Position numbers and translations under genes: made by a program. Below are positions 1 to 9,088 of a DNA stretch of 64,000 nt, piece after piece. The notes under the pieces were generated by a model. It worked only from the letters and a program-made list of their open reading frames with translations. It was not told the DNA's origin and ran no database searches. How positions within the stretch are numbered: position 1 is the stretch's first letter; every line of letters begins with the position of its first letter. Source of the stretch: Dorea sp. Its GTDB lineage: Bacteria; Bacillota; Clostridia; Lachnospirales; Lachnospiraceae. Location: assembly GCA_050873945.1 (NCBI GenBank), contig JBNMJT010000001.1:6104-70103 (forward strand), in the 5' to 3' direction.

Positions 1-38
1 AGAAACTGGAAGAAGTCCTGAAGTCTTTGATAGATTGA
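1..38 (+). CDS. 3' end of an upstream gene (partial, ...KLEEVLKSLID*)
   Basis: Frame from position 3 is open to TGA at 36-38; too short to identify. Confidence 0.4.
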   Translation, partial: KLEEVLKSLID

Positions 39-157
39 TTTACTTACATTTAACAAAACAGAAACTCTGTATTATAATATTTGGAATGAATTTCAGATAT
101 AAACAAGAATAACAAAAGAATAGAAAATTCTGTAAGATTACTACATGGGAGACGGGA

Positions 158-1033
158 ATGGAGAACAGAGCAGTATTTTTAATAAAATCAGGATATGGAA
201 AGCTGCGTGCGTCGGAAAAGAAAGTAGCAGATTATATTCTCGAACATATGGATCTGGTCAGGGATATGACGATGGAAAAGCTGGCGAATGCCTGCGAGGT
301 GAGCCAGCCGACGATCGTGCGCATGACGAAGACACTTGGATTCCGGGGGTATAAGGAATTCCGCTATGCGTTGGTGGAGGCGCTGGCCCAGTCGGAAGAA
401 GGGACAGATGAGATAACAGCACTGTACGGATATTCATTGAAGAAAAATGAAAATCTGGAAGATATCCCAGCAAAAGTGGTTGGAACCACAGAGAAGATAC
501 TGGAAAATATGTTAAAAAACATATCCATAAAGACATACAAAAAAGTGATCGAGACCATACGGGGTGCCAAAAGAATCGATATATACAGTGTGGAGAATTC
601 GAATCCGGCAGCAGAAGACATGTATGCAAAACTGTTATATCTGGGATTGGACTGCCGCTACAGACAGGATTGTTATTACAACCGCATCAGTGCAAGGATG
701 CTGACAAAAGACGATGTGGCAATCGGGATTTCCTACTCGGGTGCTTCGGAAGATACCGTAGAAGCAATAAAGCTTGCCAGAGCAGGCGGGGCAAAGACGA
801 TCGTTCTTACCAATGTACCGGGATCTCCGGTCACAGAATATGCAGACCTGGTCCTGTGCACAGGTCAGGAGCAGATGATCTACGGAGATGCGATCTTTTC
901 CAGAACATCCCAGATTGCAATTGTGGATATGATCTATATGGGGTTGATTTCCACAGATTATGACCGTTATGTGAAGTGCCTGGACAAGAGCAGTCAGGTA
1001 GTGGAAGATAAGACATACAGAAAAACAGAATAA
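158..1033 (+). CDS. MurR/RpiR family transcriptional regulator (HTH + SIS), probable regulator of the adjacent phosphonate operon
   Basis: LRASEKKVADYIL...LANACEVSQPTIVRMTKTLGFRGYKEF HTH; SIS motif AIGISYSGAS; FSRTSQIAIVDMIY tail. Confidence 0.92.
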   Translation: MENRAVFLIKSGYGKLRASEKKVADYILEHMDLVRDMTMEKLANACEVSQPTIVRMTKTLGFRGYKEFRYALVEALAQSEEGTDEITALYGYSLKKNENLEDIPAKVVGTTEKILENMLKNISIKTYKKVIETIRGAKRIDIYSVENSNPAAEDMYAKLLYLGLDCRYRQDCYYNRISARMLTKDDVAIGISYSGASEDTVEAIKLARAGGAKTIVLTNVPGSPVTEYADLVLCTGQEQMIYGDAIFSRTSQIAIVDMIYMGLISTDYDRYVKCLDKSSQVVEDKTYRKTE

Positions 1034-1067
1034 ATATCATGTAATTTTTCTACATTTTTACAATGTT

Positions 1068-1105
1068 AAGGCTAAGTAAAGTTAACAAATTCTTTACTTA
1101 GCCTT
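1068..1105 (+). terminator. Hairpin after rpiR, probable intrinsic terminator
   Basis: AAGGCTAAGTAAA...TTTACTTAGCCTT inverted repeat followed by T-rich tract. Confidence 0.6.
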
Positions 1106-1118
1106 TATTTGTTCTTGA

Positions 1119-1146
1119 TTGTTAAAAATTCTCAGATTGCTATAAT
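1119..1146 (+). promoter_or_regulatory. Putative sigma-A promoter of the phosphonate operon
   Basis: TTGTTA-16bp-TATAAT with extended -10 (TGcTATAAT). Confidence 0.5.
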
Positions 1147-1225
1147 GCAACATGAACGAGGCACAATTCGATAGGAATCTGCAGGTAGAAAATCAACCAT
1201 GCAGAGACAAATGAAAGGAGCAAAT

Positions 1226-1999
1226 ATGTTAAAGATAGAAAATGTAAAAAAATCATACGACGGAGTTACGATCCTGGATCATATGAATCTGGAGATCCAG
1301 GAAGGAGAGATCGTATCTATATTAGGACCATCCGGTTGTGGAAAAACAACACTTCTGAATCTCATCCTGGGGATAACTGATGTAGACAGCGGAAAAATTG
1401 TGTATAACGGTGAAGATATCACAGATGTACCTATGGAAAAGAGAGGATTCAACATTGTATTTCAGGATTATGCATTGTTCCCGAATCTGAATGTATATGA
1501 AAATATTACATATGGACTAAAGAATCATCCGGACATTTCATCAGAAGAAGAGGTACAGGAACTGATCACACTCTTAGATCTGAGAGAACATCTTTATAAA
1601 AGAATCGATCAGCTCTCCGGCGGACAGAAACAGCGTGTGGCACTTGCAAGAACAATGGTTATGAAACCGAAGATCCTTCTTCTGGACGAGCCGCTCAGCG
1701 CGCTGGATGGTGTGATCAAAGAGTCGATCAAAGACAGGATCCGTATGATCGCCAGAGAATATCATCTGACAACGATCATCGTAACACATGATCCCGAAGA
1801 AGCACTTACACTTTCGAACAGAGTGCTGATCCTTGAAAAGGGCGGCATCGCACAGTATGGCAGCCCATCCGAGATTATCAATCATCCGGGCAATGAATTC
1901 GTAAAGAGATTTATTCTGAATCAGCTTGAAATAAAGAAAAACAATATCTATACATTATTTCAAAAGGAAGATCAGGTAAGAAAAGAAAATCTGGCATAG
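1226..1999 (+). CDS. ABC transporter ATP-binding subunit (PhnT/PotA-like), 2-aminoethylphosphonate uptake
   Basis: Walker A GPSGCGKTT, LSGGQKQR signature, LLLDEP; RBS AAAGGAG before ATG 1226; operon with phnW/phnX. Confidence 0.88.
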   Translation: MLKIENVKKSYDGVTILDHMNLEIQEGEIVSILGPSGCGKTTLLNLILGITDVDSGKIVYNGEDITDVPMEKRGFNIVFQDYALFPNLNVYENITYGLKNHPDISSEEEVQELITLLDLREHLYKRIDQLSGGQKQRVALARTMVMKPKILLLDEPLSALDGVIKESIKDRIRMIAREYHLTTIIVTHDPEEALTLSNRVLILEKGGIAQYGSPSEIINHPGNEFVKRFILNQLEIKKNNIYTLFQKEDQVRKENLA

Positions 2000-4680
2000 T
2001 GGAGTACTGGAAGATGAAGACAAAAAAAGAAAAAGAGATAAAACTGATATTTGTACTGATCGCAATTCTTTTTGCGGCATTTCTGATCATTCCGGTCGTA
2101 AGACTCCTGGGGAAATCCGTGATCGGTGAACAGGGACTTACGACAGCATTCTACGGAGAGGTCTTCCGGACGAGAGGATTCCTCAAAGTAATAAAGAACA
2201 GTTTCCTGATTGCAGGAACAAGTGCACTGGTGACAACGGTTCTGGCATTTCTGATCGCATATACCGTTCATTATACCAATGTCAATAAATATCTGAAAAA
2301 GCTGATCGGTATGGCAGCGATGCTTCCGATGCTGCTTCCGACGATCACATATGGATTTGCGATCATCTATTCTTTTGGAAAAGAAGGATTATTTACAAAA
2401 TTATTTGGCAGGCAGTTATTTTCCATATATGGATTCAAAGGTCTTCTGATCGGTTATGTGATCTATACGCTGCCGGTCTGTTATGTGCTGATCTCGAATG
2501 CGATGGAATATATCGATAAGAAATTCATGGTCGTATCCAGACTGATGGGAGACCATCCATTTACCACATTCCGTAATACCGTGGTGCGCCCGCTGGTCGG
2601 AACACTTGCGGCGTCTTTTGTACAGTCGTTCTTCTTAAGCTTTACGGACTTTGGTATTCCGGCGGCGGTCGGAGGAAAGTTCGAAGTGATCGCAAGCATC
2701 CTTTATAATCAGATGCTTGGAAGTATACCGAACTTCAATAACGGAGCGGTCGTTGCGATGGTGATGCTGATCCCATCGGTGGTAAGTATTGCACTCCTTC
2801 ATTACCTGGAGAAATATCACGTCCGTTATAACAAAATCTCCAATGTGGAACTTAAGAAGAATACAGCAAGAGATATCATCTTCGGCGGAGCAGCTATTGT
2901 GATCAGTATCTGCGTGGTATCGATCTTTGCAGTAATCTTTGTTGTGCCGTTTGTGGAAGAATGGCCGTATCAGTTACATTTTACGATGAAAAATGTAATG
3001 AATGTCCTGAAAGATACGGAACTTTCCAATGTATATGTGAACTCACTTTATGTGGCATTTTTCACGGCTGTGTTCGGAACGCTTCTGGCATATGGAAGTG
3101 CACTGGTGACAGCGAGAAGTCATGTGTCGGACAGATTAAAGAAGGTGATCGAAGGCATTGCACTGATTACGAATACCATTCCGGGAATGGTACTTGGTCT
3201 GGCATTCTTATTCTGCTTCTCCGGAACAAGTCTTCAGAATACATTCCTGATCCTTGTTCTTTGTAACATGATCCATTATTTTTCAACACCGTATCTGATG
3301 ATGAAGGAATCGCTGGCGAAGCTGAATGGTTCATGGGAGACAACAGCGATGCTGATGGGAGACAACTGGATCAAGACGATCATCCGTGTCGTGACACCGA
3401 ATGCGATCTCAACGATCATCAGTGTGTTCAGTTACTATTTCATCAATGCAATGGTAACGATCAGTGCAGTCATCTTCCTTGCGGGAGCAAGAACGATGGT
3501 CATCACGACGAAGATCAAGCAGCTTCAGTATTATAACAAATATAATGAAATCTTTGTGTTATCGCTGTTCCTGTTATTCACGAACCTGGCAGCAAAGCTT
3601 CTGTTCGGATATCTGGAGAAACGCAGAGACAAGGCACCGGAAAAAGAGACACAGAAGAGTGTACCGCAGTCGCAGCAGAAGATGGTGTGGATGCGCAGGG
3701 TAAAAAGAGCGGTATCCGTTGTTGTGGCAGCAGTTCTTCTGGTATCAGCCATATCACTTGGAACAGGTGGAAGAAACAGCGGACTGGTCGTGATCTATTC
3801 GAATGCAGATGATGAGGCGATCGAGGCAATGAAAGAGACGCTGGATGCAAATGGATACAAAGGCCAGTACATTCTTCAGACATTCGGAACCTCAGAGCTT
3901 GGAGGTAAGCTTCTGGCAGAGGGAACGAATCTGGAGGCGGATCTGATCACCATGAGTACATTCTATATTGACAGTGCGCAGGAACAGAATCAGATGTTTG
4001 AAAAACTGGATTTTGATGTAAATACGCTGGATGAATTTCCGGATTACTGTGCGCCGATCACGGCACAGGAAGGTGCGCTGATCATCAATACGAAAGTAAT
4101 GGAGAAGTCGCATGTACAGGTGCCGGTATCGATCAAAGAACTGGCGAATCCGGTCTATCAGGATATGATATCAGTGACAGATGTATCGTCCTCATCGATG
4201 GCATGGCTTCTGCTTCAGGCATTGATCGGTTCTTACGGAGAGAAAGATGCACAGGACATCCTTGGAAGAATCTATGATAATGCGGGACCACATGTAGAGG
4301 ATTCCGGTTCCGGACCACTGAAGAAAGTAAGGACCGGAGAAGTCGCGATCGGATTCGGTCTGAGACATCAGGCAGTTGCAGATAAGAAGGCAGGACTTCC
4401 GATTGATTATATTGATCCGGAGGAAGGCAACTACTCACTGACAGAATCGGTTGCAGTATTAAAAAAAGACACGAAACGAGAGAAGACCGCGATGGATATG
4501 GCAGAATGCATTATCAAAAAAGGCCGTGCCAAACTGCAGGAGACATATCCGAATGCTTTATATGAAGGAGAGACCACCGATCCGGCAAATGCGTCTACGA
4601 ATCCAAAAGTATTTCCGGAAAAGCTGACGGTAGATCTGTTAGAGAAACATCAGCAGATATCGGAAGCAAGTAAGAAATAA
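1999..4680 (+). CDS. Fused ABC permease (two TM modules) plus C-terminal substrate-binding domain, 2-aminoethylphosphonate uptake
   Basis: Two permease repeats (FTDFGIP; WETTAMLMG EAA-like loop) then a soluble SBP domain (VVIYSNADDE...GEVAIGFGLRH); alternative start 2014. Confidence 0.85.
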   Translation: MEYWKMKTKKEKEIKLIFVLIAILFAAFLIIPVVRLLGKSVIGEQGLTTAFYGEVFRTRGFLKVIKNSFLIAGTSALVTTVLAFLIAYTVHYTNVNKYLKKLIGMAAMLPMLLPTITYGFAIIYSFGKEGLFTKLFGRQLFSIYGFKGLLIGYVIYTLPVCYVLISNAMEYIDKKFMVVSRLMGDHPFTTFRNTVVRPLVGTLAASFVQSFFLSFTDFGIPAAVGGKFEVIASILYNQMLGSIPNFNNGAVVAMVMLIPSVVSIALLHYLEKYHVRYNKISNVELKKNTARDIIFGGAAIVISICVVSIFAVIFVVPFVEEWPYQLHFTMKNVMNVLKDTELSNVYVNSLYVAFFTAVFGTLLAYGSALVTARSHVSDRLKKVIEGIALITNTIPGMVLGLAFLFCFSGTSLQNTFLILVLCNMIHYFSTPYLMMKESLAKLNGSWETTAMLMGDNWIKTIIRVVTPNAISTIISVFSYYFINAMVTISAVIFLAGARTMVITTKIKQLQYYNKYNEIFVLSLFLLFTNLAAKLLFGYLEKRRDKAPEKETQKSVPQSQQKMVWMRRVKRAVSVVVAAVLLVSAISLGTGGRNSGLVVIYSNADDEAIEAMKETLDANGYKGQYILQTFGTSELGGKLLAEGTNLEADLITMSTFYIDSAQEQNQMFEKLDFDVNTLDEFPDYCAPITAQEGALIINTKVMEKSHVQVPVSIKELANPVYQDMISVTDVSSSSMAWLLLQALIGSYGEKDAQDILGRIYDNAGPHVEDSGSGPLKKVRTGEVAIGFGLRHQAVADKKAGLPIDYIDPEEGNYSLTESVAVLKKDTKREKTAMDMAECIIKKGRAKLQETYPNALYEGETTDPANASTNPKVFPEKLTVDLLEKHQQISEASKK

Positions 4681-4782
4681 AGGAAATATAAGAGCAGATC
4701 ACAGATAAATATGATACAGTAAAGATAGAAAGAAACGGAAACATATATCAAAAAAACGAGTAAAGACGAAAGAGGTAAAAAA

Positions 4783-5880
4783 ATGAAGAATTACAAATTA
4801 TTAACACCGGGACCACTGACAACCACAGACACTGTAAAGCAGGAGATGCTGTTCGACCATTGTACCTGGGATGATGATTACAAACAGATCACACAGGAGA
4901 TCCGTAAAAAATTACTGGGGCTTGCACATGTATCGGAAGAAGACTACACGGTAGTTCTGATGCAGGGAAGCGGTACATTTGGCGTTGAATCGGTACTGAC
5001 AAGTGTGATCGGAAAAGAAGAGAAGCTTCTGATCGCTGCCAACGGGGCTTATGGAAAACGTATGGCGGATATCGCAGAGCATGCAGGGATCGACTATGTA
5101 ATGTATCTGCAGGACTATGATAAAGTGCCGGATGCAGCAGTGATCGGTCAGATGCTGAAAGAAGATCCTGCGATCACACATGTATCAATGGTTCACAGTG
5201 AGACAACCTCAGGAATTCTCAATGATATCGAGGCAGTAGGGAAAGTCGTAAAGGAAAATGGGAAAGTATTCATCGTGGATGCAATGAGCAGCTTTGGAGG
5301 CGAGGATATTCCGGTAAAAGACTGGGGAATTGATTTTATCATCAGCAGTGCGAATAAATGTATCCAGGGAGTTCCGGGATTCTCATTCATCATTGCCAAC
5401 CGTGAACTTCTGATCGCAAGCGAAGGAAAAGCAAGAAGCCTGTCACTGGATCTCTATGATCAGTGGAAGACAATGGAAGTAGATGGAAAATGGAGATTTA
5501 CTTCACCGACACACGTGGTACTTGCATTCGCCCAGGCACTTCGTGAATTGGAAGAAGAAGGCGGAATTCCTGCAAGAAACAGACGTTACAGAGAGAATAA
5601 TGAACTTCTGATCGAGGAGATGGGAAAACTTGGAATTCATCCGTATATTGACGGGGAGCACCAGGGACCGATCATCACAACGTTCTTCTATCCGGAGAAC
5701 TGCAAATTCAGCTTCTCACAGATGTATGCGTATATCAAAGAAAGAGGATATGCGATCTATCCTGGAAAAGTAACAGAAGCTGAGACGTTCCGTATCGGAA
5801 ACATTGGTGAGATCTACAAAGAAGACATTGAAAAAGTCGTAGCGTTAATCAAAGAATTTCTTGAGAAATATAATAAATAA
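4783..5880 (+). CDS. phnW: 2-aminoethylphosphonate--pyruvate transaminase
   Basis: LLTPGPLTT, VHSETTSGILN, DAMSSFGG, SSANKCIQGVPG PLP lysine, WRFTSPTH. Confidence 0.96.
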   Translation: MKNYKLLTPGPLTTTDTVKQEMLFDHCTWDDDYKQITQEIRKKLLGLAHVSEEDYTVVLMQGSGTFGVESVLTSVIGKEEKLLIAANGAYGKRMADIAEHAGIDYVMYLQDYDKVPDAAVIGQMLKEDPAITHVSMVHSETTSGILNDIEAVGKVVKENGKVFIVDAMSSFGGEDIPVKDWGIDFIISSANKCIQGVPGFSFIIANRELLIASEGKARSLSLDLYDQWKTMEVDGKWRFTSPTHVVLAFAQALRELEEEGGIPARNRRYRENNELLIEEMGKLGIHPYIDGEHQGPIITTFFYPENCKFSFSQMYAYIKERGYAIYPGKVTEAETFRIGNIGEIYKEDIEKVVALIKEFLEKYNK

Positions 5881-5988
5881 CGCAGGCAGCAGATCAACTG
5901 GTCAGAGTAGAAATATCCGGAAAAAGAAAACCAAAAGACATACATAAATGAGAATAATAGAAAGTAATACATAAAGGGGAATGATCAC

Positions 5989-6783
5989 ATGGAAGAGAAA
6001 AAAATGAAAGATATAGAAGCTGTCATCTTTGACTGGGCAGGAACAACCGTAGATTACGGCTGTTTCGCTCCGGTACAGGCATTCGTAGAGGTGTTCAAAC
6101 ATTTCGGGATCACACCGACGATGGAAGAAGTCAGAGAGCCTATGGGAATGCTGAAGATCGATCATATCCGTACCATGCTTCAGATGCCAAGGATCAAAGC
6201 ATGCTGGACAGAAAAGTACGGGAAAGAACCGAATGAAGACGATGTGAATGCAATGTTCGCATTATTTGAAGAAAAATTGATGAGTATCCTTCATCTGTAT
6301 GCGGATCCGAAGCCGGGAATCGTAGAGACGGTAGAGAGACTTCGGAAAGCGGGACTTGCAATCGGATCAACCACAGGATATACCGATGCAATGATGGCAA
6401 TCGTTGCACCGGCAGCAAAAGAAAAAGGCTATGCACCGGATGTCTGGTTCAGTCCGGATTCTACGAATCAGAAAGGGCGTCCGTATCCATATATGGTATT
6501 CCGTAATATGGAAGCACTTGGGCTTTCTGATGTGAGAAAGGTAGTGAAGGTTGGCGATACCACTTCCGATATCAAAGAAGGAAAGAATGCAGGTGTCGGG
6601 TCTGTCGGAATTACGGTCGGAAGTTCTGCCATGGGACTTACAGAAGAAGAATATAACGGACTTAGCGAAGAGGAGAAAAAAGCGGCCCGTGAACGGACCG
6701 CAGAGAAATTCATCGCAGCGGGAGCAGATATGATATTCGATACGATGGAAGATTTTGCAGATTATCTGCTGGGAGATCTGTAA
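5989..6783 (+). CDS. phnX: Phosphonoacetaldehyde hydrolase (phosphonatase)
   Basis: FDWAGTTVDYG, PMGMLKIDHIR Schiff-base Lys, STTGY, GRPYPYM, KVGDT. Confidence 0.96.
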   Translation: MEEKKMKDIEAVIFDWAGTTVDYGCFAPVQAFVEVFKHFGITPTMEEVREPMGMLKIDHIRTMLQMPRIKACWTEKYGKEPNEDDVNAMFALFEEKLMSILHLYADPKPGIVETVERLRKAGLAIGSTTGYTDAMMAIVAPAAKEKGYAPDVWFSPDSTNQKGRPYPYMVFRNMEALGLSDVRKVVKVGDTTSDIKEGKNAGVGSVGITVGSSAMGLTEEEYNGLSEEEKKAARERTAEKFIAAGADMIFDTMEDFADYLLGDL

Positions 6784-6786
6784 TAT

Positions 6787-8055
6787 TTACAGAATAATCT
6801 GAAGAATAAACCATTGATCTGATACACGGAACTGACAGCTTCCACCAAGCTTTTCTGTTACATACCAGATGCTCCGGGTACCGAATCCATGCCCGGATTC
6901 TGGGGTGTACGGTAAGTCTCCTACCAGTTCTGGCTTGTCGGCATAAGTGTTCTTCAGACATATCAGAAGTTTGTTATCATTCATTTTTATATCTAATCTT
7001 ATGATTCTTTTTGCTTCAGGCAGTTTATCAACTGCCTGAATTGCGTTTTCAAGGGCATTTGAAAGAATTGCCGTCATATCAACATCCGAATAAGATAAAG
7101 TCTCCGGAATTTGAATAGAATAGTCAAAATGAATCTGAGAACGTTCTATTTTGTCTTTGTGGGAAGACAGAATCAGATTAATAATGTCATTTTTACAATA
7201 TCTTTCCAGTGCAGTCTTGTCTGCTCTGTGAATTACTTCGTTGATGTAAGTAAGTGCTTTCTCATTTTCATTATCTTCAATGTAAGTAGAGATCGTGAGC
7301 AGAAAATGACGCATATCGTGACGCTGGATCGAGACAGCCTGTGCCGAACGCCGGATTGCATCCAGTTCTTTCTCAGACTGGATACGCTTCATCTCTATGA
7401 TCTGGGTACGCTGTCTGGCTTCCTGACTGAGTTCATATTCTTTAAAATAAAGAAAAAGAAACAGCAGATAAGTAATACAAAGTACAAATCCAAAGAATTC
7501 TCCCACAATCTCCAGTCCGGAGTAGAGCAGATTCGTATAAACGGTGGTTACGTAATCAAAAATATAGTAAACAAACGGCAGAACTGCGAGAATGACGAGT
7601 GATTTGAACGGCTTTTGCAGAAGCTGTGCAGTGATATCCGAAACGCAGGTAAGCAGTATGATAAAAGCCGTAATTGTAACGACAATACGGACGCTGTAAT
7701 ATACCCATTCCCGGTGTGTGAGTGTCTGGGCTGCGATTCCGAACCAGTTACTGATCTGACAGCAGAGATAGGCAGTCAGAACAGAAAGCGTGGAGATTGC
7801 AGTATTATACTTATAATAAAGGGAAAGAAATAAAATCAACGGGATGTGGATGATCAGAGGAAAGATTTTTTCCGTATATGCTGCCCCATGTGCCATGTAT
7901 GCAAGAATATATAAGCCGCCTGTTATACAGGAAAAAGCAAACAGTGTAAGTACATTCTTACGGTTCATGCGTATGCCAAGAAAGGCTGATGATGCATAGA
8001 CACCAAACAGTAAAGTAGTAGTATTGTGGATCGTGGTCAAAATATTTAACAGCAT
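6787..8055 (-). CDS. Membrane sensor histidine kinase (AgrC/VirS-like, GHKL domain)
   Basis: Multiple N-terminal TM segments, QRHDMRH H-box, SNALENAI N-box, GHGFGTRSI G-box. Confidence 0.9.
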   Translation of the reverse strand: MLLNILTTIHNTTTLLFGVYASSAFLGIRMNRKNVLTLFAFSCITGGLYILAYMAHGAAYTEKIFPLIIHIPLILFLSLYYKYNTAISTLSVLTAYLCCQISNWFGIAAQTLTHREWVYYSVRIVVTITAFIILLTCVSDITAQLLQKPFKSLVILAVLPFVYYIFDYVTTVYTNLLYSGLEIVGEFFGFVLCITYLLFLFLYFKEYELSQEARQRTQIIEMKRIQSEKELDAIRRSAQAVSIQRHDMRHFLLTISTYIEDNENEKALTYINEVIHRADKTALERYCKNDIINLILSSHKDKIERSQIHFDYSIQIPETLSYSDVDMTAILSNALENAIQAVDKLPEAKRIIRLDIKMNDNKLLICLKNTYADKPELVGDLPYTPESGHGFGTRSIWYVTEKLGGSCQFRVSDQWFILQIIL

Positions 8056-8108
8056 AGTCAGTTACCTCAGATCAATGAATATAATTGTAGTTATTTGTGC
8101 GGTTATTG

Positions 8109-8825
8109 TCAGGAATCCTGGAACATCCGGGCAAAATAAGCTTCTTTGAAGGCTTTTGAATAGCTTCTGGAAATTGGGATACGTTGTCCGGATTTTGTGA
8201 TGATCTCAGATGTACTGAAGTGATCAACATTCTGCAGATAGACAAGATAACTCCGGTGACATTTGAAAAAACCATCTCCGTCTGCCAACTTCTCTTCGAA
8301 AGAATGAAACGGCTCCGGGGATTCAATGCTTCTGCCGGAACGCAGATGGAAAAGTACCTTTTTATTCTGTGCCTCGGCATATTCTATATCGTGAAAATAA
8401 AGCTTCTGATATCCGAAAGATGTTTTTAAAATGAAGTGTTCCGGTTCTTCATGAAAGGACCTTGCACATTCGTCCAGCGCATCTTTGATCTTCTCATAAG
8501 CGACTGGCTTTAGTAGATATCCGCTCGCTCTGACTTCGTAAGATTCCAGCGCAAATTCCGGTGATGAGGTAAGGAAGATGATCGGAAGGTTCTTATCATG
8601 CTTCCGTAATTCTCTGGCGGTATCCATACCGTTAAAGAGAGGCATGATAATATCCAGGAAAATGATATCCATTCTGTCAGAAGTGTTGGCGGCGATCAGA
8701 TCATCGCCATTTGTATATGTAAATATCTGGACAGGAAAGCAGCTTTCGTCAGACCATTTCCGGACGAGTTCTTCTGCATGTTCCAGAAATAAAGTGCTGT
8801 CGTCACAGATCGCAATTTTCAGCAT
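8109..8825 (-). CDS. LytTR family response regulator
   Basis: KIAICDD receiver, LDIIMP, FFKCHRSYLVYL LytTR motif; RBS GGAGAG before ATG 8825. Confidence 0.93.
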   Translation of the reverse strand: MLKIAICDDSTLFLEHAEELVRKWSDESCFPVQIFTYTNGDDLIAANTSDRMDIIFLDIIMPLFNGMDTARELRKHDKNLPIIFLTSSPEFALESYEVRASGYLLKPVAYEKIKDALDECARSFHEEPEHFILKTSFGYQKLYFHDIEYAEAQNKKVLFHLRSGRSIESPEPFHSFEEKLADGDGFFKCHRSYLVYLQNVDHFSTSEIITKSGQRIPISRSYSKAFKEAYFARMFQDS

Positions 8826-8901
8826 ATGTTCTCTCCAGTTCTCATTTTTTCTCATATTTATATTTTACAGTAGAATCCACGCACTTTCAATGAAATAGGA
8901 G

Positions 8902-8969
8902 TGCAGTTCGCGCTCGAAAATTGTCGTTTCGCGCATCGAAGGAAATGAAAAAGAGGAAAAAGGTATAAT
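8902..8969 (+). promoter_or_regulatory. LytTR-type direct repeats and -10 box of the pilus operon promoter
   Basis: TTCGCGC at 8907 and 8928 (21-bp period), TATAAT at 8964-8969, no good -35. Confidence 0.65.
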
Positions 8970-9010
8970 AATTAAAGTATATCGTATTTTGGGAAAAGGG
9001 CGTATCTGAA

Positions 9011-9056
9011 TTGCCATGCATTCATAAGGAGCTGCAAGAGTCAGGTCCTGCAGATC
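9011..9056 (+). repeat. Degenerate copy of the dispersed REP-like element
   Basis: 39/46 identical to 45627-45672. Confidence 0.7.
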
Positions 9057-9088
9057 GCCGTTCTGTAAGATAAAGGAGTGAGGAAAAC

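Noticed and set aside
40-1110. Pho-box-like TT(A/T)ACA hexamers near the rpiR and phn promoters
   Set aside because: Inconsistent spacing in AT-rich DNA; partly explained by the terminator stem
4681-5988. A-rich spacers flanking phnW
   Set aside because: No repeat unit, structure or credible ORF
8860-9088. c-di-GMP riboswitch before the pilus operon (also checked 49771-49901)
   Set aside because: No class I or II consensus recognised by eye; an Rfam scan would be decisive
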